IMG/VR virus record: IMGVR_UViG_3300035698_012707
Location: 1 to 64,000 of that record
Direction: 5' to 3' (one strand)
DNA from: a virus
Length of the DNA stretch: 64,000 nt
The notes under the pieces were generated by a model. It made no database searches, was not told where the DNA came from, and worked only from the letters and a program-made list of their open reading frames with translations. Position 1 is the first letter of the stretch. Each line of letters begins with the position of its first letter. Made by a program: the position numbers and the translations under genes. Of the stretch, positions 38,531 to 47,191 are shown in pieces.

Positions 38531-38720
38531 TAACGAGTGGCGAAAAGAGACGCATGTCAAGCATGAGACTGTGGTTAGCAAATGCAATCAACTTAAGATG
38601 ATTACCGCTCCACATATGTAGGGTGACTATACGAGTAGAATCAACCATTTCAACGGTCTACGAAACTGTTGTAAAATTGTTGGCTAACAACCAATGTCTC
38701 GTCAAAGCCTACCTCGTTAC
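38531..38720 (+). ncRNA. ~190-nt tRNA-framed RNA with large insertions
   Basis: TAACGAG/CTCGTTA acceptor; TGGCGAAAAGAGACGC D-arm; GTAGG/CCTAC T-stem enclosing about 85 nt. Confidence 0.55.
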
Positions 38721-38727
38721 ATAATAT

Positions 38728-38803
38728 TGCCTTGTAGCTCAGTTGGCAGAGCAGTGGCTCGATAAGCCATTGGTCAATGGTTCGAACCCATTCGAGGCAA
38801 CCA
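38728..38803 (+). tRNA. tRNA-Ile(GAT)
   Basis: GTGGC-TCGATAA-GCCAT (C at position 33); CCA. Confidence 0.85.
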
Positions 38804-38877
38804 GTCCAAGTAACCGAATGGCTAGGTAGTGGATTGCAAACCCATTTATGCTGGTTCGAATCCAGTCTTGGACTCCA
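38804..38877 (+). tRNA. tRNA-Cys(GCA)
   Basis: GTCCAAG/CTTGGAC acceptor; loop TTGCAAA; U73; CCA. Confidence 0.88.
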
Positions 38878-38879
38878 GT

Positions 38880-38953
38880 GGGGGTATGGTGTAGTGGTAA
38901 CATGAGTGGCTCCAGACCACTTGACATGGGTCCGATTCCTATTGCCCCTGCCA
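38880..38953 (+). tRNA. tRNA-Trp(CCA)
   Basis: AGTGG-CTCCAGA-CCACT; G73; CCA. Confidence 0.85.
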
Positions 38954-39181
38954 AAAAATCTGACAACAATTTAAGGGCTTGGAACATGAAGGTCTATAGA
39001 CTGTACCGGATCGTTGAGAAACGTAAAGAGACTCGTTAAAACCGCGAGCGGTCAAGCCCTAACTAAAAAGGATTAATATGGTTTATTTTAAAATCATAAC
39101 TATGCTATTCATAATACTTTATGCGTTGATGAATAGTGGTTGTATGATTACTTTATACACACAAAAATTCTAGGAGAGAAC

Positions 39182-39958
39182 GTGAAGACTTACGTAATGA
39201 GTGACATACATGGTGGATACAAAGCAATGATACAGTGCTGGGAGAGGGCTAACTTTAACCCAGAAGAAGACGAACTCATTGTTCTTGGTGATACCTGTGA
39301 TGGTTGGCCGGAGACAAAGGAATGCGTAGAAGCATTGATGAAGGTTAAGAACTTAGTATACATACTAGGCAACCATGACCTATGGGCCCTTGATTGGGCT
39401 AAGGATGACGAGAGGAACGAGATGTGGGTAACGCAGGGTGGTTGGAACACCTTGTTATCATATGACTTTAAAATGCCAAAGAAACACATTAAATTCTTCG
39501 AAGATGCTCACCTATGGATGGAAGATGAAGATAAAGGAATTCTCTTTGTTCACGGTGGTATTAATCCTTCCATGTCGGTAGAGGCACACAAGATACATAC
39601 ATTGTTGTGGGACAGAGATCTATTACAATACGTCAGGAAGATACACACAAGAGAAGAACTTAGAGCTAAGGATACTGGTAAAGAGTTTATTAGACCAAAG
39701 ATAAGTCAATACAACGAGATATTTATAGGACACACTTCATCTTCGTTCTATGGTAAGTCTGAACCACTACACTATTGTAATGTGTGGCTTCTTGATACCG
39801 GCGGTGGATGGGAAGGCAAGCTAACCATAATGGACTTAGAGACAAGAGAATATTGGCAGTCAGACTATGTAGATGATTTATATAAGGACAACAAAGGAAG
39901 ACGAGAAGTAAGCAAAAACAACGAGGAAGTACATAGGTGGTTAGAAAATGAGGATTAG
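39182..39958 (+). CDS. Ser/Thr protein phosphatase-type metallophosphoesterase
   Basis: SDIHG, LGDTCD, LGNHD, FVHGG, IGHT and LDTGG motifs; GTG start after AGGAG. Confidence 0.88.
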   Translation: MKTYVMSDIHGGYKAMIQCWERANFNPEEDELIVLGDTCDGWPETKECVEALMKVKNLVYILGNHDLWALDWAKDDERNEMWVTQGGWNTLLSYDFKMPKKHIKFFEDAHLWMEDEDKGILFVHGGINPSMSVEAHKIHTLLWDRDLLQYVRKIHTREELRAKDTGKEFIRPKISQYNEIFIGHTSSSFYGKSEPLHYCNVWLLDTGGGWEGKLTIMDLETREYWQSDYVDDLYKDNKGRREVSKNNEEVHRWLENED

Positions 39959-40137
39959 AAATATAATAGCATATAAGATATGGCAAATTCGTCAAGAGAT
40001 TGGGACAGCCGGAAGTAACACTCATGACTGGTATCTTGCGGAACAATTTTTGCAAACAAATCCAGACCGATATGATGACGATGATATATACGTTTGGTTT
40101 GTGCAGCTAGAAGAAAATATGATTTCAGAAAAAAGAC

Positions 40138-40166
40138 TTGACAACTATCCGGAGATATGATATAAT
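40138..40166 (+). promoter_or_regulatory. Consensus sigma70 promoter upstream of recA
   Basis: TTGACA-17 bp-TATAAT, extended -10 TG. Confidence 0.8.
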
Positions 40167-40351
40167 GGAAAGTAGTTACAAGAGTTTTATTGAAGTAGAA
40201 AAGATGCTCAATAATATAAGAAACACAGAAGCCTGGATAGGTGACTGCTGTGTTGATTTTCTAGTTAACCTAGAAGGTGGTACAGAATTTTACGAACACG
40301 TGAAGTGTGGTATATGTGGTAGAGAACTATACTTTGCAGACAGGAGGAAGA

Positions 40352-41278
40352 ATGGTAAAGAAGACAGTCGAAGACAAACCCTTGACTCCCGAAGAGAAGA
40401 GGAAACGTCTGAAGCAAAAGATAACCATGATAAACAAAAAAGCAGGAAAAACAGTAATACAGATGGCTACGGAGAGTTCGCCCCGGGAGAGGGTCCCGTT
40501 TTCGTCTGATGAACTAAATGAAATTAGCGGAGGAGGTCCTCCAAGAGGAGCTTTTTCTGTTATGTGGGGTGGTAAGGCTGCAGGTAAAACATCTTCATGT
40601 TATAGCCTTATAGCTAACGCACAAAAAGAAGGTATACTATGTATGCTCTATGATTTTGAGCGATCTTTTGACCCTGTATGGGCTAAGACGTTTGGAGTAG
40701 ATCCAGAGTTATTGTTAATTGCTAAGTTCAAAGATGCTGAAGCAGGCCTAGATAATATAATAGATATATGTAAAGAAGATCTAGTAGGCCTCATAGTCGT
40801 AGACTCTATTCAGGGCTTGTGTCCACGCGGGGAATACGAAACAAAGAAAGGTAAAGAAAAATCAATAGCTGATGATACCATGGCATTGATACCAAGAAAG
40901 CTTAGTAAATTCTTTCCTAAAGCTGCACCTTTTGTTGACGATTCAAACTGTGCTGTTGTTCTAATAGGACAGACTCGTAAGGGTCTTGGTAGTTTTATTG
41001 TACTTGATGAGTTGACTGGCGGTAATGCTCTGCTACATTGGAGTGCTTTAACAATGCATTGTAGACGCGGCAAGAAAGACAACGCACCATCTATCAAGGT
41101 AGACAACGGTAAGAAGGATAAGAGTGGTAAAACAAAACTAGACACAGTACTCATAGGATATGAGATGGTTGTTAAGGTAAACAAGTCTAAAGTTGGCCCT
41201 GATGAGGGTAAAGAGGCTCGTTTGCCTTTTTATTTCGGCAGTGGCTTTTTAAAACTGGAGGAAGAGAAAGATGATTAA
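40352..41278 (+). CDS. recA: RecA/UvsX-like recombinase
   Basis: GGGPPRG, WGGKAAGKTS, DFERSFDP, IVVDSI, GGNALLH and VNKSKVG motifs. Confidence 0.9.
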   Translation: MVKKTVEDKPLTPEEKRKRLKQKITMINKKAGKTVIQMATESSPRERVPFSSDELNEISGGGPPRGAFSVMWGGKAAGKTSSCYSLIANAQKEGILCMLYDFERSFDPVWAKTFGVDPELLLIAKFKDAEAGLDNIIDICKEDLVGLIVVDSIQGLCPRGEYETKKGKEKSIADDTMALIPRKLSKFFPKAAPFVDDSNCAVVLIGQTRKGLGSFIVLDELTGGNALLHWSALTMHCRRGKKDNAPSIKVDNGKKDKSGKTKLDTVLIGYEMVVKVNKSKVGPDEGKEARLPFYFGSGFLKLEEEKDD

Positions 41279-41471
41279 AGATAATATACTATATGAATTC
41301 TGTAAGGATCATTACTATTGTGATCCAAAAGGCAATGGAAGAGAGCCATGGGAACCATTTGAGAACTATGAAACAGATCACATAGAAAGTATGATACAAA
41401 ACGATGTGATTGCTTTAAAGGAGTTTTTAAAACATAACCTAAATAAGGGGTGGGACGATGAAAGCAATTAA
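41271..41471 (+). CDS. Hypothetical protein, C-terminal tag WDDESN
   Basis: ORF track. Confidence 0.7.
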   Translation: MIKDNILYEFCKDHYYCDPKGNGREPWEPFENYETDHIESMIQNDVIALKEFLKHNLNKGWDDESN

Positions 41472-41663
41472 GATTACGGTAGAATATGAAGATGGATCAA
41501 AGCACATAATAGGAGGAAAAGCAGCAGCGCTTATGCAGGGTAGAATTAATTCAGCAGGCATCATGGCTGGAATAGAAGTAAAAGAAGAAGAACCAATAGA
41601 TCAACCACCAGATATCAAGGGTGAAATAAAAATAATAAAATCATCACCAGAAAAGGAATAAAA

Positions 41664-41996
41664 ATGTCAGAAGAATTTATAAAACTAGATGGCAGAGATG
41701 GTGAAGATCCTAAGTTAATGTACGATCTTGTAGATGTATTTGCTTTGGAAGACTTAGTTAAAGTACTTACAATGGGAGCAAAAAAATACAGTCCCAACAA
41801 TTGGCATAAATGTAAAGGTAGATTGAGGTACTATGCTGCTGCAATGAGACACATGGAAGCCTGGAGAAAAGGAGAAGATCTAGATCCAGAATCTGGTCTT
41901 CCTCATATTAGTCATGCAATGTGTTGTCTAAAGTTTATTCATGGTATATCAAGGCTCCATCCAATGCACGACGATAGGAGTGTTAAGGATGAATAG
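41664..41996 (+). CDS. dATP/dGTP diphosphohydrolase-domain protein (DUF5664)
   Basis: VLTMGAKKYSPNNW..RYYAAAMRH..GEDLDPESGLPHISHA. Confidence 0.85.
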   Translation: MSEEFIKLDGRDGEDPKLMYDLVDVFALEDLVKVLTMGAKKYSPNNWHKCKGRLRYYAAAMRHMEAWRKGEDLDPESGLPHISHAMCCLKFIHGISRLHPMHDDRSVKDE

Positions 41997-42600
41997 ATTT
42001 ATGTCATCAGTAACTAACTTTTTAGAAAGGCATGGAGTAATAGAAACGCAACGTCCATTCTACACGTCAGTAGTTAATACACCACCTATTGCAGAAGAAT
42101 GGGATTCTGTAAGCAATGAAGAACGTCAAGAACATACACTATATAGTCTTGAAAACGGTACGACTATAAGAATGGCAGAAAGCGTGAACAATGCAGTCGC
42201 TGGTAGCTCCATAGGTGCTAGTCCTATGAGCTGGGCTGTAGATGCTACTACTTTTCAAGGATTAACTTCTAGCATAGAGGCTGTCCCCATGAACACACAC
42301 CCAACGATAAGTCTTTCTTCTGCGCATTCTGATTACACTAATGTTTGGTTTGAATTGGGAAACAATCATACTGCAGAAATTAAAATTCTAGATAACAACG
42401 AAGGACTAGAGATAGCAATAGATACAAATATATTTGAACCAATTATTGAAGACGGAAAGATTAGGTTTATAAGAATGTATGACGAGGAGAATAATGCAAG
42501 TCAAGATACTAGAACACACGAAACATCCATTGAAAACAGTGTACACGGCAGCCCGAACATGTTACTCGGCAGACACACCGTCATCAATACACAGACGTAG
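41989..42600 (+). CDS. Hypothetical protein with internal WDSVSN and degenerate YDEENN at the thyX start
   Basis: ORF track; tail overlaps thyX. Confidence 0.6.
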   Translation: MNRFMSSVTNFLERHGVIETQRPFYTSVVNTPPIAEEWDSVSNEERQEHTLYSLENGTTIRMAESVNNAVAGSSIGASPMSWAVDATTFQGLTSSIEAVPMNTHPTISLSSAHSDYTNVWFELGNNHTAEIKILDNNEGLEIAIDTNIFEPIIEDGKIRFIRMYDEENNASQDTRTHETSIENSVHGSPNMLLGRHTVINTQT

Positions 42601-43180
42601 AGAAGTAAATGACAAGCTTGTTAAATCTGTAATAAAGATGGGCCATCACTCAGTACTAGAACATATAAATATAACGTTTGCTATAGATAATATTTCTAGG
42701 GCCTGCTCACATCAATTAGTTAGGCATAGAATAGCTAGTTATTCACAACAATCTCAAAGGTATGTTAATTTTAAGAAGGGATTTGGCTATGTTATCCCGC
42801 CGACAATAGGAGTCAACAAAGAACTAGAACAAGAGTACATAGACATGATGGATAATTTATCTGGTTTCTATAAATATATGGTTGATGTGTATGATATGCC
42901 AGCAGAAGATGCAAGATATCTTATTCCTAATGCATGCTGTACTAACATAACGATGACAGTTAACGCTAGAGAGCTTATAGAAATGTGTAAGCTTAGGCTA
43001 TGCGATACAGCACAGTGGGAGATAAGAACGATGTTTGAATCAATAAAAGCATGTGTTTCCAGTAACAGGCATCTAAGGTTCCTTTCTGAATATTTGTCTC
43101 CAAAGTGTGAATGGATTAAGTATTGTCCAGAAGGAAAAAAATCATGCGGCAAAATTGCAACATTAAAAGATGGAGAATAG
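42494..43180 (+). CDS. thyX: Flavin-dependent thymidylate synthase
   Basis: GHHSVLEH, SRACSHQLVRHRIASYSQQSQRY, EDARY and AQWEIR motifs. Confidence 0.95.
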   Translation: MQVKILEHTKHPLKTVYTAARTCYSADTPSSIHRRREVNDKLVKSVIKMGHHSVLEHINITFAIDNISRACSHQLVRHRIASYSQQSQRYVNFKKGFGYVIPPTIGVNKELEQEYIDMMDNLSGFYKYMVDVYDMPAEDARYLIPNACCTNITMTVNARELIEMCKLRLCDTAQWEIRTMFESIKACVSSNRHLRFLSEYLSPKCEWIKYCPEGKKSCGKIATLKDGE

Positions 43181-43188
43181 CATATAAT

Positions 43189-43491
43189 ATGGATGACATA
43201 GCAACGTATAAACAAGACAACGTAAACATGGTGTCAACTGAATCTACTAGATCTGGGTGGGGATTTTTCTCAGAAGAAATTAGTTGGTTCTTGTGTGATT
43301 TTTTTACAAAAAGACTTAACTATGAATTAAAGCTTATATTTTATAGCTATTATGTAACAGGTATGTCGTTAAAAGACATAGGGGAAAGGTTTGATTGCAG
43401 CCATCAAGCAATACACAAAAAACTGTTGAGTATAAACAAAATGCTTAGCCACGCTTGGCAATACTCTGATAGGTGGAGGGAAGAAGAATGA
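43189..43491 (+). CDS. Sigma region-4-like HTH protein
   Basis: YYVTGMSLKDIGERFDCSHQAIHKKL. Confidence 0.65.
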   Translation: MDDIATYKQDNVNMVSTESTRSGWGFFSEEISWFLCDFFTKRLNYELKLIFYSYYVTGMSLKDIGERFDCSHQAIHKKLLSINKMLSHAWQYSDRWREEE

Positions 43492-44030
43492 CAGCACTAG
43501 AAAGAGAACTAGAAGTTATCACGAATGAAATAGCTGTAGAGATGTTGGTTGAACCAGAGAGTTTAGCTATGGGGTCTCACGATACAGCATCACAAGCTGT
43601 TCCTGTTCTTATGGAGAGAATGGATAAGGTTTGTGGGCTTATGGATTGGCAGGCAACATTAATAGAGAAAGCAAAAGTAGAACTAGAAGAGAAAAAATAC
43701 ATTCATAAGAAAGCAGAGAAAGACTACAAGCACGAACACAACAAAGCCTATCTTGGATACAAGCAAGCAGACAGAGAGAAATACGGAGCAGACTTCAAGA
43801 AGAACGCGAGGACTGACCCGGAGTATAAAGCTATGTCTGACATGGAGGTAGATGAAGATCTTAACTTTGCTCTACAGAAGGAACGAGATTATTTGGCCGC
43901 GCAGCATGCTCTTGAAGACGCCAAACATAAATATGAAACATTAAACAATCACTTTCTAAGTTATAGAAAGAGCTGTGATCTACTTAAGATAGAATTTGAG
44001 AAGCTAGGGAAGTATGGGAGCGGTGTATAA
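43488..44030 (+). CDS. Long coiled-coil protein (possibly UvsY-like mediator)
   Basis: Helical heptads; functional call is weak. Confidence 0.45.
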   Translation: MTALERELEVITNEIAVEMLVEPESLAMGSHDTASQAVPVLMERMDKVCGLMDWQATLIEKAKVELEEKKYIHKKAEKDYKHEHNKAYLGYKQADREKYGADFKKNARTDPEYKAMSDMEVDEDLNFALQKERDYLAAQHALEDAKHKYETLNNHFLSYRKSCDLLKIEFEKLGKYGSGV

Positions 44031-44197
44031 TGGCTAACAATAATGGTTATGAACGTTACACTACTACAGCTACAGATTCAACTTGGATGCCAGGAACTAC
44101 TGGAACTGGATACTATACTTCTGAATGGATTACTACTTCTTTCGAAGTAAAAGAAGCTTACGATGGATGGGATTCACCAGACAATGAGGGGCAATAA
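44030..44197 (+). CDS. 55-aa Thr-rich protein (not in track), C-terminal tag WDSPDN(EGQ)
   Basis: Manual translation; TAATG coupling at both ends. Confidence 0.65.
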   Translation: MANNNGYERYTTTATDSTWMPGTTGTGYYTSEWITTSFEVKEAYDGWDSPDNEGQ

Positions 44198-44510
44198 TGA
44201 TTTCTTTTCATGGAGACAGAAGTTATAAATGTAAGGTATGTGGAAAAATAGAAGAAGATTCTTTTGTTGATGGCGTATGTTCTGCCTGTCTATACAAAGA
44301 GAAAGTTAGTAAAACAAACAGCCTGTGTGAAGAGTGTAAAAAGAAATGTAAGCAGAGTTCCTTAGTATCAATACAATACTGTCCAGAATATGTATACAGT
44401 AGGCCTAAAATCACACAGAAACAAGGCATAGCGACACGATCTCGTGACTTAGGTGAAAAGACCAGCAAGAAGCCTAAAGAGGCTTTAAAACGCAAGAAAA
44501 GGAAGAAATA

Positions 44511-44747
44511 ATGGAGTGGAAAGAAGATAAGATAAAACATATGATAATATCTTTATTGCTTGTAGTTATCTCGTGGTTATTTACTCAGAATATACTATAT
44601 GCAATGATTATATCGTTATCTATTGGTATTTTAAAAGAAGTATATGATGAGTTCTTTTCTGGTCCGAAAAGTCATTGGGATCCAGAAGATATCTTTGCAG
44701 ATCTAGTTGGTATATTAATAGGTGCTGGAATATGCAATTTAATCTAG
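44511..44747 (+). CDS. Small membrane protein (VanZ/DUF2279-like)
   Basis: DKIKH..IGILKEVYD..DIFADLVG. Confidence 0.6.
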   Translation: MEWKEDKIKHMIISLLLVVISWLFTQNILYAMIISLSIGILKEVYDEFFSGPKSHWDPEDIFADLVGILIGAGICNLI

Positions 44748-45259
44748 CTAATAGTTCTCTTAACCATATACCAGGTATCTTTAGAAAAATCCACTGGGAG
44801 ACCGGGCAGCTAAACTTTGATGTAGGTGGAGGACGTTTCGATAAGGCAACAGAATTTTTATTCGACAAAGGTATAATGAATGTTATCTTTGATCAATACG
44901 CTAGGACTGCTGAACATAACTTTAGATCCATAGAATATATGGAAGAACATGAAGCTGATACTGTTACGTTATCTAATGTACTCTGCGTGATAAGAGAAAA
45001 GAGCGAGAGATTAAACTTACTATCACTTGCTAAAGATTATCTTAAGCTAGGAGGTAATGTATATATTAGTATCTATGCTGGAGATGGAACAAGACGAGGT
45101 AGATCAACAAAGAGTAAGACATGGCAAAACAACAGACCACTCAAGACATACTTAAGGGAGATACAATCTATTTTCCCCGGCGCACATCTTGAGAAAGGAT
45201 ATATTGCTGCAACGAAGGGAGAAAAAGATGAAAAAAGAACTGGAAAAGAAACTCTTTGA
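44732..45259 (+). CDS. SAM-dependent methyltransferase
   Basis: NFDVGGGRFD and DTVTLSNVLCVI motifs. Confidence 0.75.
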   Translation: MQFNLANSSLNHIPGIFRKIHWETGQLNFDVGGGRFDKATEFLFDKGIMNVIFDQYARTAEHNFRSIEYMEEHEADTVTLSNVLCVIREKSERLNLLSLAKDYLKLGGNVYISIYAGDGTRRGRSTKSKTWQNNRPLKTYLREIQSIFPGAHLEKGYIAATKGEKDEKRTGKETL

Positions 45260-45623
45260 AGCATACCCTAAGATTTTCGCACAAAAAGATATGAGACCAC
45301 AAGAAACATGTCTTTGTTGGGGCATATCTACGGGAAATGGATGGTATAAAATAATAGATAAACTGTGTAGTAAGATACAAAAATACGTAGACAGCAACGA
45401 AGTAAAACAAGTACAAACAGTACAAGTTAAAGAGAAATTTGGTGGGCTTAGGTTCTATGTTGACGGAGCACCAGAGGAAGTATATAAATATATATATGAA
45501 GCAGAAGGAGAGAGCCTAGTTACTTGTGAGGAATGTGGATCTAAGGATAGAGTAAAACAAAGTGTAGCTGGATGGACATCAACTCTTTGTCATAAGTGTA
45601 TGGAGGGAAGAAATGCGAAGTAA
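45228..45623 (+). CDS. Conserved phage protein
   Basis: GNGWY..QVKEKFGGLRFY..CEECG. Confidence 0.7.
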   Translation: MKKELEKKLFEAYPKIFAQKDMRPQETCLCWGISTGNGWYKIIDKLCSKIQKYVDSNEVKQVQTVQVKEKFGGLRFYVDGAPEEVYKYIYEAEGESLVTCEECGSKDRVKQSVAGWTSTLCHKCMEGRNAK

Positions 45624-45909
45624 TGAATATTTGTGGGACAAAGTTGTAATGGATATGTATAGAGAAATGTATACTAAGTCAGATCCGTCTGCAGACATAG
45701 ATAGATTGGTTGAAAATGGAACTACAAAAAAACCTAATTGGTTTAGTGATTATTATCTTCCAAAGGAAGAGTTCGTAAAAATATTTAATAAAGTATCCAA
45801 AAAACATAGACTAACAAGAAAAGAAAAAGAAAAAGTTTCTTTCGAAGTTTATCTTGGAGCTGGACCAACAAGCGTTAGACCACCCGACTGGGACAAAGAG
45901 GAGAACTAA
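45613..45909 (+). CDS. Hypothetical protein, C-terminal tag WDKEEN
   Basis: ORF track. Confidence 0.7.
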   Translation: MRSNEYLWDKVVMDMYREMYTKSDPSADIDRLVENGTTKKPNWFSDYYLPKEEFVKIFNKVSKKHRLTRKEKEKVSFEVYLGAGPTSVRPPDWDKEEN

Positions 45910-46097
45910 TGGATATAGCTATACAAATTGATGGCAGCAACTTAAAGACCGTTAAGGTCGACGAAAATATAAAGGATCAAAAATTATGGTTGTTCACTAT
46001 ACTTTACACGGATGTGGATGTGATGGCAAGAGTGGGAAAGAAGCTGAAGGAAGTAATACATGTGCCGAACAAGCTTGTGAACCTAGTAACGAAATAG
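45909..46097 (+). CDS. Stand-alone LeuRS C-terminal-domain-like protein
   Basis: IAIQIDG...KEVIHVPNKLVNLV resembles the LeuRS CTD pattern VVQVNG...KVIYVPGKLVNIV. Confidence 0.6.
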   Translation: MDIAIQIDGSNLKTVKVDENIKDQKLWLFTILYTDVDVMARVGKKLKEVIHVPNKLVNLVTK

Positions 46098-46573
46098 ATA
46101 ACAACTGGTGGGCAGCTCAAGTAGCAAGCAACAAAGAATATGACACCAAGAGAGAGATAGTAAACATGTGTTCTCTTAAGGAAGATGATGTTCTTATCCC
46201 GCGGCGAATGGTTTATGATGTGAAGGACGATAAGGTAGACAAGAAGACAGAGGTAGTATTGCCTGGATATATATTATTACGATTAGGTAATCAAAAGATG
46301 CTGCGCGGTCTTGAGTCGATGATAAACTATATAAATATACTAGGAAAAATAAGCATGGAAGAAATGGAAATAGTAAAAGAGTTTGAGAACATACCAAAAG
46401 AAACTAACGCCAATGAAGGCGACAAAGTTATAATAACTAAGGGTCCATTTGCAGGAGTCAAAGGAGTCATCGTTGAAAAACTTGATAATACTTACTGTAA
46501 GTGTAGGTTACTTTTTCAAGGCAATGAGATAGTAACATCCATGGACCCAAGAATTGTAGAGAGGATAACATGA
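45986..46573 (+). CDS. nusG: NusG-family transcription factor (NGN plus KOW)
   Basis: WWAAQVASNKE, VLPGYILL and GDKVIITKGPFAGVKGVI motifs; start uncertain. Confidence 0.85.
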   Translation: MVVHYTLHGCGCDGKSGKEAEGSNTCAEQACEPSNEIDNNWWAAQVASNKEYDTKREIVNMCSLKEDDVLIPRRMVYDVKDDKVDKKTEVVLPGYILLRLGNQKMLRGLESMINYINILGKISMEEMEIVKEFENIPKETNANEGDKVIITKGPFAGVKGVIVEKLDNTYCKCRLLFQGNEIVTSMDPRIVERIT

Positions 46574-46821
46574 GCAATGGATGGGATAGAGAAGATAATG
46601 AACTGATTGTTGCAGAAAGAAACAACAATCCAGCAGGCGAAATACAATCAAGACCCGACATTTTAATACCAGGTGCTTTCTATAGTTGTCCTACACACGG
46701 AGAAATACGAGAAGTTATTGTATTCTCACTCGATGGAACATCATACTCATATTGTACTAGATGTTTACATGAACTACTAGGCCAACACTTTACGCCACTG
46801 GAGATGGTTACTAATGCATGA
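46570..46821 (+). CDS. Zn-binding protein, N-terminal tag WDREDN
   Basis: CPTHG...CTRCL; paralogue of next gene. Confidence 0.7.
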   Translation: MSNGWDREDNELIVAERNNNPAGEIQSRPDILIPGAFYSCPTHGEIREVIVFSLDGTSYSYCTRCLHELLGQHFTPLEMVTNA

Positions 46822-47191
46822 ATGGGATAGCATAGACAACGAACAAGAAGCAGTAGAGTATGGAGTAAGTCCTGCGTTTGAATTTATGAATGCTAGCCTT
46901 AATTACCATGTTGATACATCGTTTAATGCGGGCGGCTTGTCTTTAGCGATGAATAATGATGTCAGTCATGGCTGCGACAGACATGGACCAGTTAATAGCA
47001 TAACAATAAAAACAGACGTAGAACAAGACGCACATCCAAGAGAGGTAACGGTATGTACTCATTGCCTTATGGACATGCTTGTACGCGAGTGTGGTGCTCA
47101 TGACTCAGATACGCAAAGAAGAATAAATACAGAAAGACAACAGTTACGATACTACGAAGGTGCAGTTATGGCACGGGAGGAACGAATATGA
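46814..47191 (+). CDS. Zn-binding protein, N-terminal tag WDSIDN
   Basis: CDRHG...CTHCL. Confidence 0.7.
   Translation: MHEWDSIDNEQEAVEYGVSPAFEFMNASLNYHVDTSFNAGGLSLAMNNDVSHGCDRHGPVNSITIKTDVEQDAHPREVTVCTHCLMDMLVRECGAHDSDTQRRINTERQQLRYYEGAVMAREERI

Noticed and set aside
38739-39039. ORFs 38739-38987 and 38848-39039
   Set aside because: They overlap bona fide tRNA genes.
41664-41996. DUF5664 as evidence for a 2-aminoadenine (Z) genome
   Set aside because: No PurZ or DatZ in this window; the domain is widespread in phages without Z DNA.
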